Source: Lingula anatina (lineage: Eukaryota > Animalia > Brachiopoda). Taken from it: a stretch of DNA of 64,000 nucleotides. The notes beneath the pieces are model-generated. The model was not told where the DNA came from, did no database searches, and worked only from the letters and a program-made list of their open reading frames with translations. This document shows, one piece after another, positions 31,571 to 46,170 of the stretch; the first letter of the stretch is position 1; each line of letters begins with the position of its first letter. The stretch spans positions 18,498,534-18,562,533 of the forward strand of contig CM120644.1 of the NCBI GenBank assembly GCA_051362555.1, written 5' to 3'. The position numbers were made by a program, and so were the translations under genes.

Positions 31571-31794
31571 CCATGAATTGATAGCTCAGCAAACATCTCA
31601 AAGTGTACGTTGGGCCCGAGAAGTGTAGGTTGGTGGTCACAAATAGGCCTGAACTCGATGGCCGCTGTCCTTGTCATTTCCCGCGTCTCCTTGGTCCAGT
31701 GTAATTCCACAGAGGAATGTCAAATATATGACCCAAGTTGACAACATGTCTGAATGGTAGGGGACATGTATACACAAGGAAAATAAATGGCATA

Positions 31795-34700
31795 TAGTAG
31801 GGGAGCCAAGGCAAAAAATTAGGGTGAAAAAAAATTTTTATGATATAAAATTTTCGAATATATGGTCGGAGAGCCTGATACCTGGGGTTTATGATTCTGC
31901 TTATTGGACAAATGGGCTCAATTGCGAAAGTGCCCAAAAATCCAAGATGGCCGCCACCCCTAAGGAATATGCAATAAATGGATAAATTATGAAAAATGGT
32001 TGATATTTTCATTTAGTTTCAGGGTAGATATTTTTATTGTCCATATATTGTGGAAATATGTACTATCTGGTGATCTGTAGCAGAAATTGGTCAATTGGAT
32101 TCAAAATGGCCGTTCTATCCAAGATGGCGGCCAATATTTCAACATTTTTTGCAATTAAATCCTCTTTTCATTGATCTACAATTTCTTTCAATCATGATAT
32201 GAGCAAACATTTATCAAATAAAAATTGCCTCTACTATTTTCTGCATTTGTACCATCTATGTGTAATATAGAGGCTTTGTGAATACAAAAAAATCCAATAT
32301 GGCCGCCATGCACCCTTTACCATTATGAGTCAAGGGTACTACCTGTCTTTTATAGAAAAGTTCAAATATCTACTTTAATGAAGCAAATGCTATTTCTATT
32401 TAACAATTTTTGGGTGAAGGGGAATTGCTTCAGTATTTTAGAGGTAAATTCAAAGAGCTATTTCAATCCAAGATGGCAACTTTATCCAAGATGGCGGCCA
32501 AATTTTCATAAGTTTTTGCAATGAAGTCATGGTTTCTGTAATCTAGAACTACTTTCAATCATGGAAAAAGCTAAATTTTATCAAATATAGAATTTCTCCA
32601 ATACTGTGTGCATTTTTGCTATCTGAATGCATAATTTAAGTTAGATGATTAGAGAAAAATCTAATATGGCTGCCATACACCCCTTACCAATATGAGTCAA
32701 AGGCGAAACATATCATATCAAAAGTTGGTATATCTCATTCAATGAAGTATATTATACTTTCATTTTAAAACATTTGGTAAAGTACACTTGTTTTTTATTT
32801 TATGATGTTTAATTATACACTACCTATTAATCCAATATGGCCACTCTATCCAATATGGCAGCCAAAATTTGACCAATTTTGCAATTTAATCCCTTTTCTT
32901 TTTGTCAGAATTTTTTTCAATCTTCTAGAAGCAAAATTTCATCAAACATAGATGCTCTACCCTAACTTTCTGCATTTTTACTATCTTTATACAGAAAGAA
33001 GGCTTTATGCTTATAGAAATACCCAAAATGGCCACCATAAATCCCTTATCATTACCCTCATATGAAACAAAGTGACGTATCTCATAAAAAGTTGAAATAT
33101 CTCCTTTGATGAAGTACATTTCATTTTTATTTTACAATATATGGGTATATGAGAATTTTTTCACTTTTTGCAGATAAATTTAAGATGGAATGTTTATTCA
33201 CAGTAAATTATTTACAAGTTTCTTCACATTCATATGCATGTTCTTGGACCATTGTATTTTTAGCCTTACAACTATGTTGTCAAATTACATGTCTAGAATA
33301 ACATCATTATCTATTTATTTGTTTATCAAAAAGAAGCTCAAAGGTTTTGTACAATAATAATTCCAATTCCATGCAAATTTCACTTCACGGAATCAAAGCT
33401 AAACTCATATTTTATTGAAACTTCAAACAACATTTATTTAACTATGCAATAGATACTAGTTTCATTTATTACATTGGTGTTTTAGTTACCTCCGCCAAGG
33501 AGGTTATGTTTTTACCCCTGCTTGTTTGTTTTTTGTTTGTTTGTCATCAACATGACTCAGAAAGTTATGAATGAATTTCGATAGAATTAACTTAGAAGTG
33601 ACCTGGATCAATAATCAATCAATAATCAAAAATAAAAAAATCAAGTTATGGACCAATGTGATGAAATATTCAGAAGCTGCCAGAAGTGGGCCAAGGAACA
33701 GATTATTAGGTTTTGGTGGTGATCCAGATCAATAATCAATCAATAATAAAAAAACTAGATCATTATAGAATGAAAATTTAGGGGTGAAACAGCATTGGGT
33801 GGAGACTTTGCTGCCTTGACAGAGGTCTGCGCTCTCGAGGTGCTTTTCTAGTTGCAATTTATTTTTGGGAATACAGATGGTGGCCACAACTATGCATTTT
33901 GCTGTTTAGCAGTTTATAATGTCCCACATCATTAAGTCATCATTAATTTTATTGCTGCTGATTTGCAGAATATTGCAGCAAATTGGAAAGAAGGAATTGC
34001 AATTTGCAGAAGATTTGCAGCAATAAAGCAGTAAATTTGCAAGTGACCTGATATTTTGGTAAGGGTAAAGCTCATAAGGTATAGAAATGAAGAGCATCCT
34101 CAGTTGGGAGGAGAAACCTAAGATCTGCTTTGCAAGAAGCAAATATGCAGGGCCTTTGGTCATATCTTAAGACCCAAAAATCTATATAGCTGTACAAAAA
34201 TCATGCGCGCCTCTTCCATAATACCATGTAACTGTAAGGTGGTGACATTCTCCTCCATGCTGGAAAAGATTACAAAATGCCAAGCATTTGCACTTCCCAT
34301 GCTTATAAGGAGAGTTAAAGAAACTACGCCCGGTAAGCTCATAAACTGTACTCAAACCACATCCATGTGGACCATAAGTGCTTTATGTAATATGTAAGAC
34401 AAAGATCAATGTATGAATTGGAAGAAACCTTCCAATTTTTGCAACCTGCAGTGACCTATGTATGGCTAGGTTCTGAGGAATATACCCATGATCTCTTTAC
34501 CAATATGCTTAATGAAATACCCAAGTACTAAATGCTCCAATTCTCCAATCCACTGTAACACCATGTTTCCTCAGGAGGAATCTTAGACGCGTCGGATCCT
34601 TTAGTTTCCACTCTCCTTTGGGAAAAGAAAATCTGATCACCAAGCACAAAAAGGTTTTTCACCCATTGGGCAATGAACTGAAGGAACCATAACATAAGGT

Positions 34701-37595
34701 ACTCGATAAGCATTATTTTAACGTGGATCTTGTCCCTGTATCTACTATGCTGATTTGAGCTGGTGAAACCTGTGGAAAATATTGTATCCTTCCAAGGCAG
34801 CAGGGTGGTGGAGGATTCATAATGTTAAGAGATGGATACACCCATGACCACAGATTGTCCTTGGTTCTTATTCCATGACCCTTTAACAGTGCTAGATACA
34901 GGGAAGAAGTATTGATCAATGTAGTTTCCCTACATATTCAGGTGCACATCTAATAGCAACTCATTTTTATGGACAAAAAAGGCATGCCCCCGCAGAGAAA
35001 TTCAAAACTGCTTATAACGTGGTTAGTTTGGTATGGCCAGCAGCTTCTCAAAGTCTTATTCCAAAAGATAACTATCAGGACAGCATCCAGAGGTATAGAA
35101 ACATGTTACAGTTGGAGAGAGCTTGTCAGGAATGATGGATGAGCAGAGATGTTATGAAAAATGAATATATGCCTGTTGTGTGAAGGATAATTACCACATA
35201 TTTTGAAATCTGTTTGTAATCCTGTTTTACCTCTGAAATCAAGTTTTAAAGGTCTACATCATCTAAATAAACCCAACTTAATATTAATTGTTAAGTTAAA
35301 AGTAATGCTGCATGGCAACATTATAGTAACATACATGCCTGTCATGTCCGGCATTAAGATAAAAAAATATATTTTATGAAGTCTCATGATGTAACCTTAT
35401 GTGGTCCAACAGCTTTGGAGTTTTGTGCCGGCCCCTTTGTATTATGCTCATGTGAAAAATTTAACTATACAATTATAGGAAATTAATGTTTAGATCTACA
35501 TAAGATAAGAAATTGGTATATAAGCAATGAGAATTTATATCTTTGGGAGAGAAAAGAAGAAGAGGAGAGGAGATTGAGAAAAACGGAGCAGACGTGTTTT
35601 CAAGAAGTTAGGATTTGGAGACTTAGAAACATCAACGAATAAATCCTTTAACTGGTCATTATGTGGACTTGGGTTTTCTTTGTGCGACCTTATGTAAATC
35701 TGGCATGAAGTGTAGAATCTTATGATTGCATTATCCACTAAGTTAGTCGAAATCGTAATGTCCTATTTCAAGCCCACACTTGAATTAAGCATCCTACATT
35801 TTTATGACATTCAATCCATATATAAAGAAAAGTTCATTACATGACATCTGGGATGACAAGTCTTTGATGTCATCTATAAAATCTATATCAGTGCCACCTG
35901 AAAAATATACATTAAATAACAGATTTCAACACTATCAGTAAAGTACACATGGTACCATTGATTTGTAATGGTAAGGGGTATATGGCAGCCAAATTGGATT
36001 TTTCTCTAATGAAAAAGGCTTAATCATATTCTTTACAAATATTAAAATGTAGGAGATATTAAGGAGAATTTATATTTCTTAAAATATTGCTTTTACCATG
36101 TTTGAAATAATTTCTAGATTATAGAACATGTGCCTCAGATGCGAAAATGGTAAAATAAAGGCAGCCATCTTGGATAAATAAGCCATTTTGAAAAAAGATA
36201 TGGTCTCAGCTTTACATTCAAAAATAAGCAATTGTCCTTTACCAATAAATTGCAAAGGAAACATGGAATATACTTCATTGAAGAAGATATTTGATCTTGC
36301 AAATAAGGTGCATGCTGTGCGCACCTTTGGGCCATAACGGTCGACATGCATGGTGGCCATGTTGGATTTTTTTCTAACTATAAAGATAAATACTGTACAG
36401 AGAGAGGAAATAGAGGTCATACTGTACATAACTTATATTTGATGGTGTGTTGCTTCTATCAAAATTGAAAGTAATTCTAGATTAAATAAAACATGACCTA
36501 ACTGCAAAAATTGCCAAATTTTTGGCCGCCATCTTGAATAAAGCAGCCATCTTGGGTCAAGACACCATCTCAAATTTACCTTGAAATATTTAAAGCAATT
36601 GTTCTATACCTGCATATTGTAAAATAAAAATAAAATATACTTCATTTAATAAGGTATTTCAACTTTCAAAAAGATATACATTGTGCTTCTGACTCATTAT
36701 GGTGAGGGGTGTGTGGCGGCCATATTGGATTTTTCTCTTAATCAAAAAGCCTACATAGTGCATGCAGACAACAGAAATGTGTGAAATATTATAAAAAAGC
36801 TATATGTTATGACAGTTTTTTCTTATATCACTCTTAAAAGAAATTCTAGATTGAAGAAAACATGACTTAATTGCAAAAAAATAGTAAAATATTGTCCGCC
36901 ATCTTGGATGATGCGGCCATTTTGAACCCAGTTGTCAAATTATTGCTACAGATCACCAGGAAGTGCATATTTCCACAATATATACACAATAAAAGTAATG
37001 TAGACTTCAGCAAAAAAAAAATATTAATCACTTTTCATAATTGATGCTTATTCTGTGTATTCACCATGGCTGGCGGCCATCTTGGATTTTTCTCTTATCC
37101 ATCAAGCCATCATTCTGTAAACAGATACTTGAAATGCAGGAAATATTGTAGACAACCTATATTTGATAACAGTTTGCTTTAATAATAATTGAATATGATA
37201 CAAAATGAAAGCAAACATTATTTAATTGCAAAAAATGGTGAAAAATTGGCCTCCATCTTGGATAAAGCGGCCATTTTGAATCCAATTGACTAAATCTAGC
37301 TATTGATCACCAGAGAGTACATATTTCCACAATATATGGACAACACAAACATCTAAACCTAAAGAAACTGAAAATATCAACCATTTTTCATAATTGATGC
37401 TTGTTCTCTGTATTCACCATTGCTGGCGGCCATCTTGGATTTTTGGGCACTTTCGCAATTGAGCCCATTTGTCCAATAAGCAGATTCATAAACCCCAGGT
37501 ATCAGGCTCTCCAACGATATGTTCGAAAATTTTATATCATTAAATTTTTTTTACTACCCTTTTTTGAAGGCTTTTGGAGTTTGGCTCCCCTACTA
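31795..37595 (-). mobile_element. Academ-type DNA transposon (defective), 5.8 kb, with very long internally repetitive TIRs
   Basis: ata|TAGTAGGGGAGCCAA...TTGGCTCCCCTACTA|ata: a 3-bp TSD and TAG...CTA ends as known for Academ. Inverted arms span about 31795-33170 and 35940-37595. A frameshifted minus-strand transposase remnant at about 34000-35200 includes LRFLLPTEDALHFYTL*AL, resembling the Academ LPPTxDALxxHxxRA motif. Confidence 0.85.
33486..33853 (+). mobile_element. HINE (Helentron-type) inserted within the Academ element
   Basis: ttACCTCCGCCAAGGAGGTTATG...ccttgacagaggtctgcgctctcgaggtgcttttctagtt; reverse-orientation homologue of 9463-9697. Confidence 0.75.
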
Positions 37596-40500
37596 ATAAT
37601 GGACGTCAACATATTGATGAATACACTGGACACAATTTCGCCCATGTATTGGGTTAAGGTGAAAGTAAGAGAGGTCAACAGTAGACTATTGAAGATTCAA
37701 CAAAAAGGAGGTATCAAGAAGGAAGATAATAACAAAAACATTTACTTAATGTTTACAATATTTATTTTACATTCCTGCCTTACTTTTGGCTTACTTTTGC
37801 CTTAAGTTTTGGGCTGATGATGCCATTATCACGGGCCCCACGCCGTGCGTGCGTCTTATTTTACGGTATATCTATCGATTTATGTCAAACTCAGAGCGCT
37901 ATCTATTGACTTCCTGGTGAAGTCCACATTATCTTGAACATTGCGTTTGTATTTAAACATTTTAGTCGTTACTTGTTAATAAAATAAGTCTTCAGTCACG
38001 AATATCATTGTTCACTCCTATGGCCTTTATATCTTACTCCAGATAAGGTAGAGAGAAAAAAGAGCTAGGCAGGCGGTATTCAATGTTATGAAAAACTAAA
38101 CAAGATGTTTCTCTATGAACGTTTACAGTATGTCACAAATAACACAAATAAGTAAATATATATGTAGAAGGTAAACTTCAATAAAATGATTAGAAAGATG
38201 AAATTAGCTTAATGGCTTTTACCATTACACAAACTGAACTAATGGAATAGTTTAAAACGTATATAGGACCCTGTATTTAACTCTGTCTTACTTTCATCCT
38301 CTATTTTAAGTACAAATTAAGCAAACGTTGACCAGGGAAATATTTAGATCGGTGTTTCGTGAAGACGGGCCCTTATGTCGTGGTTTCTACGGCAAGATTT
38401 GACGGAATCTCTCCAACATGCCAACATGTTCAAAATTGTTAATGAAGTCGTATAAGCGACCGGTTTCGGACACCCACTCTGAAGGCGCACTTAACGCACA
38501 TAATTTTTACGCGTTGGGAAAAAACTTTGCTTTCCTGTGATATATTTCTTTTTTGGATGAATTTTCCATGCACTTTTTGCACTGCGACTACGAGAACGAC
38601 CGATTGAGTCACAGGGAGACCTTATTTCCAAACCTTTTTGTTTTGATGAAGAATCCCCTGGGTTATTAGGCGTACATTTGATAAATTGCTGCCTGATCTC
38701 CCACGGCCTGACCCGATAAAAAATTTACAAGCTCCCGCTGCCGAGGGGACGAACCTGAAAGTTTTCATCTGTTTTTGGTAGTTTCACGTGATTGCACAGC
38801 CGACACAGTCGCATTTGCTAAATTAAGGAAACAAAGTTTAAATGGAATAGGTTGTCAAGTAGTTCTTCACGCCCATCAGCTTGTGTCATTGAACAGGGTC
38901 CCGTAGAGGAAAGCGTTATTGTGCTCTCCGGGTTAATGCATGTTTGTGATGGAGGTGAGATAATATAGCATGCTTGAAAAACACTTTTTTGGTGCCTGGT
39001 TCATAACGATGATGAAAAGGATTCATCAGTGTACATATATATATATAGAGAAAGATGTATTGTAAAGTTAATGGATTACACCTTTACTAATTGCAAGTAA
39101 TAAGTTTTCCTGTTAGGAAAAGGGGAAAATGTCAAAAGCACTTACGGTTTTATGTGATTGGGTAATTTTACTATCAAATTTGCACAGCACATGCAAAGTA
39201 TCATGTAATGCAAATAACATTTTAGATTTTTTTTTATTGAAAACAAGGTTCGAAGAGATTGTCCAATAAGAAAATATCAAATAGTGGAATGGAAACTTAG
39301 AAGGGAAAACCTGGTAATCCCGTTAAGACCACTGTTACGAAAACAAACAAATAAATGCGTGTAAAAACAAGTAAATGCGTGATCGGTATGAAGAAATCGA
39401 GTATAAATACTCTTTAATTTGTTGGAAAAATCAGTGGGTAAATGAATGGTTGAAAGCTTCAACTCGATGTCGTCGTTGTCGTTACTGTCTTAGATATATC
39501 TGAAAAGTATATTCTGGTAAGAGCAAATGAAAAAAATTACAGCCAGATTAATCAGCTACGTCGGACATCTTTTTTGAAGATATTCAAAATGCATTATGTC
39601 AAATTCATGCCCAAAAAGAAAAAAGGAATGATGCAACTCAAAAAGGGTGGACATTTATAGGATGCTGAACGAATTATTTCAATTGTTCGAAAAAAATTGA
39701 AAGGATTGAAATCTATAGGACGCTGTTTTAAAACGTGTTTGACATGCGGGGTATCCCGGTAATAGAAAAGGGCAGCATTGTATATTCAAAATACATTTCT
39801 CATTGTATACAAAAATAGTGTGTTCGTCGCAAAGACTGATCAGTGCGTTTCTAAATGGTTTGAAATCAAAACTTAGTTTTCTAAAACCCGCCTTAGATCT
39901 TTAACGTTGATAAAAAACAGAGCAGTTTAATGGTATCTTTGTCAAATAATGAAATATCAGTTTGTTCGGATATTCTCTATATGAAAACCACAGTTAGAAG
40001 AAGAGAAGAGAAAGGGTGTCGGTAGATAGAGCTCGGTCGCCCGCCGCCGTCCAGTGTCGCACAGAAATGCCGTAAAATGGATTAAAGGGCCTCATTAACT
40101 TTGCATGTAAACAGACGCCATTCTCGGAAACAATCCATTTCACACAATAACCCGAATAGTGGAACGCGCGTGTGCTTTGTCCCCTTTTATCAAAACGCAT
40201 TAAGGGGTAAAATATGGCAGACATGAATCCCTGTGTTACGTTCTATCTGCTATTCCATTTAATACGATTGAATTGCAATAGGTCTCATTTTCACGCCTGC
40301 TAATTTTTCTATGAATTATCTTTCACGGGCCTTTTATATTCTTATCATTATTGGTAATCAATCATGGAATAACACTTGACGCAGGCAAATTACAACGTGA
40401 ATTATTTATACGTGACCGTCATTACTTTTGTCTCTGGCACTTCACTCAAGAGTATCAGAGTGTTTGTTAATGTTTCCTCTTCCTTGTTCTGTTGGAAGCA

Positions 40501-43500
40501 ATACTTGGGCTGAAGAAATGATGCGCTTTCAGCAAGAGTTCAGGAAGGACAACATCCGCGGCGGCATCGATATTCAAACGAATCAAGAAAGGGAATATTG
40601 ACTTGGTAACGTTGGTCATTCCCATGATCTTTACGTGCATTACAGCGTCCAGTTCAAGGTTCAAGAACATTCTGTATAAATGCGTTTTTCGAGCTAACAT
40701 TTCGTCGCCTGGCTTTAAATAACGTACTGAACGGTTGAATCTTCTCGCGAGTTAAATTAGTTAAGTGGCGTTTGCGAGCATGGATAGTGGCTCCATTAAT
40801 TATAACCTGTAGAATGTAGGATGTTTTTAAGATGTACGTACACGTTATTTTAAAATAAGAAACAGACACGGAAAGATGTTTATGTATCCAAATTGTCCAA
40901 ACACAAAGAAGCTCGGTTTTTGCTCAACAGTAAATAAAAAATAATTCCATCTGACGAAAAGTAATAAAAAACGAAGTTACAAAAAGGGGTTAATAAAAAA
41001 AAAAACATTAAATAAAGTTATCATACATACATCCCCCTTACAATGGAGCAAAAAGTTGGGGAAAAAAAAGAGAAAATCAATGGCCACAAGATGGGAGAGA
41101 CGGCCACATCCCCGCCAATGTACACTTATTTATTAAAATATGAAATAAGAAAGAGAAACAGAAAGATATGCGCATGCACATGGACTTACCAGTTATTATG
41201 TCCATGCCATATGTGACAGAATTGATGCTTCCAAAATCTCTTTCCAGACGTGTTTTCGTGGTCAATATCAAATAAAGACAAAACATTTTTTGGCAATAAC
41301 GTAACTTGGAGTCACAAAAAAGGTGAAGAGAACAAGCGTCACCACGATCAAAATGGGCGAGTTGTGGTGATTTTCTGTGTTCTTCTGACAAAGAAAGCAC
41401 TTGGGGGAAATGGGTGGAGCAGCTAAAATAAGTTAAAAAGAGCTGGGTGAAAGATAGGCAAAGTTCACAAAACATCCATCCAAAATTCTTAGAGCGCTAT
41501 ATAGCGTACGAGCCACTTGTTCTTTTGAAAATGTTTGTCCACAAACAGTTTCACCCAACCGAACGGTGATTAGATTGAGACAGCCAGTTCTTTCGCCTTT
41601 CGCTTTGATATCCTTGAAAAAATCAATCACCAATAAATGCAATCTGAATTGTTTTGATACGCCGCCAAGCTAATTTCATGTAGTGTTCATTAATTTATTA
41701 TATTGCACATTATTGCCTAGAAAAGTGGTGATGTAGGAATAGGTCAAAGGTCTTACATAAGGTTATCATTCACTGTTTGGTCGTCCATGTAATTATCAGA
41801 CCGTAAATGATAGTCGGCTTCCATCGGGAAAGCCCCGGTAGTAGACCACAAAGATAAAGCAACTTTTTTTCTTTCTTTATCGAAATTGATTAATCTTGGA
41901 TCAGAAAATGACAAAATAATTTGATTTCAATGTTAAGACCAGTTTTCGATGCAAGTTCTTTCGTGCGACCAGTCAACCGTCGTTGTTTATTTTTCTTTTT
42001 CTGTAATTCCTCAAGGGGCCATTGCGCGATGTTACGGTTAACGCTACTAAATTACGGCAATGGGACTGTTTTCTCCCGGTGGGATTAAATAATATCAAGT
42101 TATTTCCAGCTACTTTTAAGGAGAGCCCATGTAAGCCACCATGGATTTCAGCGTCTAATGGAGACACAAGTTTCTAGGACTTGCATGTATATAGGTTCTG
42201 TGAAGGTCGGGTCTGTCGGGACGGCAATTTTGCCAAATGCAAAAATAAATGTACTTTGTCAAAAAAAACCCCAAAAAAACAAACTTTAAAATAAGCAACA
42301 CATTTTCGCCAATTTGGTGAAAGCATATCTGGACGGTGAAATTGTATACAAACGTATCCCGTAACATGTAGAATGATCCTCCTTTCCAAATGTACAATAT
42401 TACAAATTGTCAATTGAACATCATCAGGAAGGTGGCCTGCGACGGGATGTCAGTTAATACAACTGGCATAATTTACTTTAAATTGAAGTGAAATTTTTTT
42501 TAATCAATTCAGTTAACTAAAACGCAAGGTTGTCGTAGTTTATTCTGCAAAAGTATTCCGTATTCCCTCATGTTCAAAAAGTGGCGTATTTGATATGGTA
42601 AAACAATTCCCCCCCGGACAATTCCCGGACCCCCCCTCAGAACGATTGCCCCCCCCCCCCCCAGGAATATATATTTATATACAAATATAATATAAGGAAT
42701 ATAAAGTTTAAATCTTTTCTAATCCATTTTGTGTATATTTATTTGTGTGATGATGCAGCTCGAGGACAGAGAATATTAATTTCATTAAACATTATTTTCA
42801 TGGAGTACAAGTACAGAAAATTTCAGAAATAAAAGTAAAAAAAATGTGAAAAAATCTTATCTAAGTATATCTCCAGGTAAAGGTGTGGAAAACAGATGAT
42901 TTCACTCATCCAGGTAAACCTTTACTTTTAATTGCTTCATCACTCCTCCCTTGATTAAATTCCCCGTCTTCAATCAAGGTGCATCTCTAGGGGAGGTGGG
43001 GTTAACAAATTTTCTCACTTATCCAGGTATCCCTTTGATTATCTGCCACTTTTAATTGCTTGACAACTAGCCACCTACCCACAACCCACCACACTAAAAA
43101 TATTCATAAAATATCTGTTTACCTGTTCATCTGTTTACTATGTTTACTCCACCTTCACATGGAGGATATAGGTGGTTGTACTTTGATTAGATATTTAATA
43201 AAACATTGTGTACTTGTACTCAATAAACAAAAAAATTGTCATAAAATAATGTTTAATGGTGGAGTTTCATTATCACACTAAAAATATAAATAAATTAAAT
43301 GAAATAATTTTAACTTTACACTCTTTACTTAATACAGACTTGACATTTAATATGGAATATTTCAGTTTCAAAGGTATGATTAGATAAAATGCGTTCTTTA
43401 AAAAAATCACAGATCTCATATAAGATGTGTGAATAGAGAAGCGTGTAGTCAGGTGTGTCGCTACCAATTAACTGACTACCATGTCTGTGACACTGCTGCA

Positions 43501-43779
43501 TTGTCTAATATGCAGTGATTTAATTGGGTAGTGCTCCTTTGGGCTGGTCAAAGCTTGGCTTTGGCGAAGCATTGTTCTATCCAAAAAAAAAACAAACATC
43601 CATATGTGTCGGCAACTACTGCATAAAAGAATGCAAGCGACCGGTTTTGCAGTGCGTTAATGAGTTAAGCAGTGTTTTACAAAATTGTTAACTTGTGCCA
43701 GATTGGCGCGAAAAAGACAGCCATTGCCAGATAGATTGTTGTGACACACGGAACCGTCCGAAAAGTTTTATAAAGTTAT

Positions 43780-44490
43780 GTCCAGACTGATGTACCTACA
43801 CAGAGGTCACACCCAATGTATCGACATCTCACCACCAGGGTACAGGACTCACTGTCCTTCCGGATATGCTGCTGCAACTAAAAATCACCCAGTCCGTTCA
43901 GAATGAGGGGCAAATTGCCACCAAAACGCGTTTAGCTAACACCAAGCTGGTATTAGCATGTTAGAATACCATACGACCTCTGAGGAAGCCACTGTAAACA
44001 GCAAAACAGCGTCATCTTACTCTAATGAATTGGGGACCATGACCGTTTCTGGGTAGAACACTGAAACCGCGTGGCTTTCTTTATTGAGGTCAGATTTCAC
44101 CAGTACCGCTCAACTAGCAGAAGCAGGAGCAGTCAAAGCAGCGTTTACAGATATCCGGAAGAGGCCTACGACGAAGGCCGTGTCTTAAGTGACTAGGGTC
44201 ATTGACAGCGTCAGTATTTGGAGTAGATACCACGTTGGTGCCAAAACACCAATGGTAGTCATCGATGAAAACCTGAACCAGATCAAATAAAGGAATAATC
44301 TGGGAACCCATTGACTATAATTTGATAAAGGCACCTAAGGAACGATGAGATTGTCGGTTCACACAGAGCACTTTTAATAGCAGATTACTTACAGAAACAA
44401 GGAAGTGAACAGCTACCTCGGTCATCAAAATCGCCATAATTGAACCACATAGACAATATGTGGGTAGGCCATTACCCACCGCCAAAGCTC
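43780..44490 (-). mobile_element. Degenerate L1/Tx1-like ORF1 remnant
   Basis: GC-elevated block. Broken minus-strand frames give YGILT...NLPSF...VLYPG, matching the GIxTG...IPSF...VxYxGQ pattern that precedes L1/Tx1 ORF1 zinc knuckles. Many stops. Confidence 0.35.
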
Positions 44491-44782
44491 GGCTTGACTC
44501 TCTTCCTCCCACCCGTCTCCCCAAAGTGCTGGAAAGATAACTGACATAATATTACACTTTAATGAAGGTGATAGTAAAAGGTATGCATCTTGCTACAAGT
44601 CATGCATACAATCCCATTAGGTTTTTTGGATTTGGTTAGCTCTAAATGACTTCCACTTGGCAGAGATCATTAGTTTATTATGTGCTGTTGTTGATATCGT
44701 AACGCTCTTCATCAATATATATATTTACAATCTTCAGCCTACACTTTCACCTAGGAAAACAATGCGATATTTGAACGTTGAT

Positions 44783-44951
44783 CAGGGGCAGATCCAGAGA
44801 TATTTTCTGACAGTCTTCCAAATTATCTTTGTTGATCCATCCACCATTTTTGACCGTCTTCCGACAGAAAAAAAATTAGATACCCCTCAATGTAAACTTA
44901 AAAATCTGACCGTCTTCCGGAAGACCCAGAAGACCGCCTAATCCGCCCCTG
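44783..44951. mobile_element. Short CAGGGGC...GCCCCTG element with 5-bp TSD (ttgat)
   Basis: ttgat|CAGGGGCAGAT...ATCCGCCCCTG|ttgat; second copy at about 56145-56317. Confidence 0.75.
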
Positions 44952-45692
44952 TTGATTTTTTTCACAGTACTGTCAATATTAGAGGTTTTTAAGTCGTGAC
45001 TGTTGTAGGATAAACGCGGAAGACATATTTTAAACTTCACATACATGCTACACCGCAGCAACGTCTTAAAACCACAAGTCTTTTGTATTTCTTATTAAGA
45101 GATAATTACGGAGGGGAGGGGAGGGGTCATTATTACACAGTCATGACAAAAATACTATTGGTTGAAACATGCCCTTTATGGTGGCGTTTTATAACCAGGC
45201 TCATTCTTGGGAAATTTTAATGCAGAGGCTGTCTTAACTTTCAAAATATAAAATCAAATCACAATTAGCATATTGATATTTTAATATTAGAATCATGTTG
45301 CGAATGATCCCACGCAAATTATGCCATCAGTACATTTACCATAGTCAGGTTCGTACTGAGTTGAAGGCTTTCAATTTTTATATTTTCTCGATGATTTCAG
45401 TAATATTGTCCAACTTCAAACGGTACATCTCACCAGTAAAGGCACCAATTGCAGTACTGCTCTTCAAAACGCAAGAAGCTTTACAAATATTTTAAAAATT
45501 GTCTCCATTTTCATTTTTTTAAAACTTAATGCCGTTTTTACTATTACTGTGATAAAAATATATTTTATATGAATATAAATTTGAGTTATTGGCATGAAAT
45601 AGTTATTTGTAATTTGACTACAAAGATTCTTATTTGCTAAAAAATTGATTTGGTTAATTGTCCAAAGATTTGGCCAAAAAAAAAAAAAAAAG

Positions 45693-45723
<31 letters not shown>

Positions 45724-45901
45724 AGACCTAGCGTACGCTACCCCAGAGTAGAAATGCCAAACGTGCTGACAGAGAGTGCCATATAATGGAACGGAACCAG
45801 GAAGTCGTTTCTCTAAAGAATTTTAGCCGGAAAATTCACTTTAGCTGTCTGAAATTCGGTAATTGTTTTGAAATGTCTCAAAGGTCAACTCATAATACTT
45901 C

Positions 45902-46076
45902 GGCCGCATGCAGAACAGTGAACTAGCTAGTCCGAGGGTCAAATGTTGCGACCCACTTAAAAGCTTGTCGTCTATTCCGCTAATAGACACTGAATAGATT
46001 TCCAATGGAGAAATATTCGAGTGGGTCGGCCATATTTGACCCTCGGACAAGTTAGTCTACTGTTCTGAATGCGGCC
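45902..46076. mobile_element. MITE family B relative
   Basis: GGCCGCATGCAGAACAGT...ACTGTTCTGAATGCGGCC|tta. Confidence 0.7.
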
Positions 46077-46130
46077 TTACATGTGTGTGTGAGTTGCTCT
46101 ACATATGTGACGAGATAGAGGACCGGATAA

Positions 46131-46170
<40 letters not shown>

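Noticed and set aside
31674-32012. ORF pair 31674-32012 and 37401-37805 sharing GGHLGFLGTFAIEPICPISR
   Set aside because: Chance translations of the two Academ TIRs, not duplicated genes.
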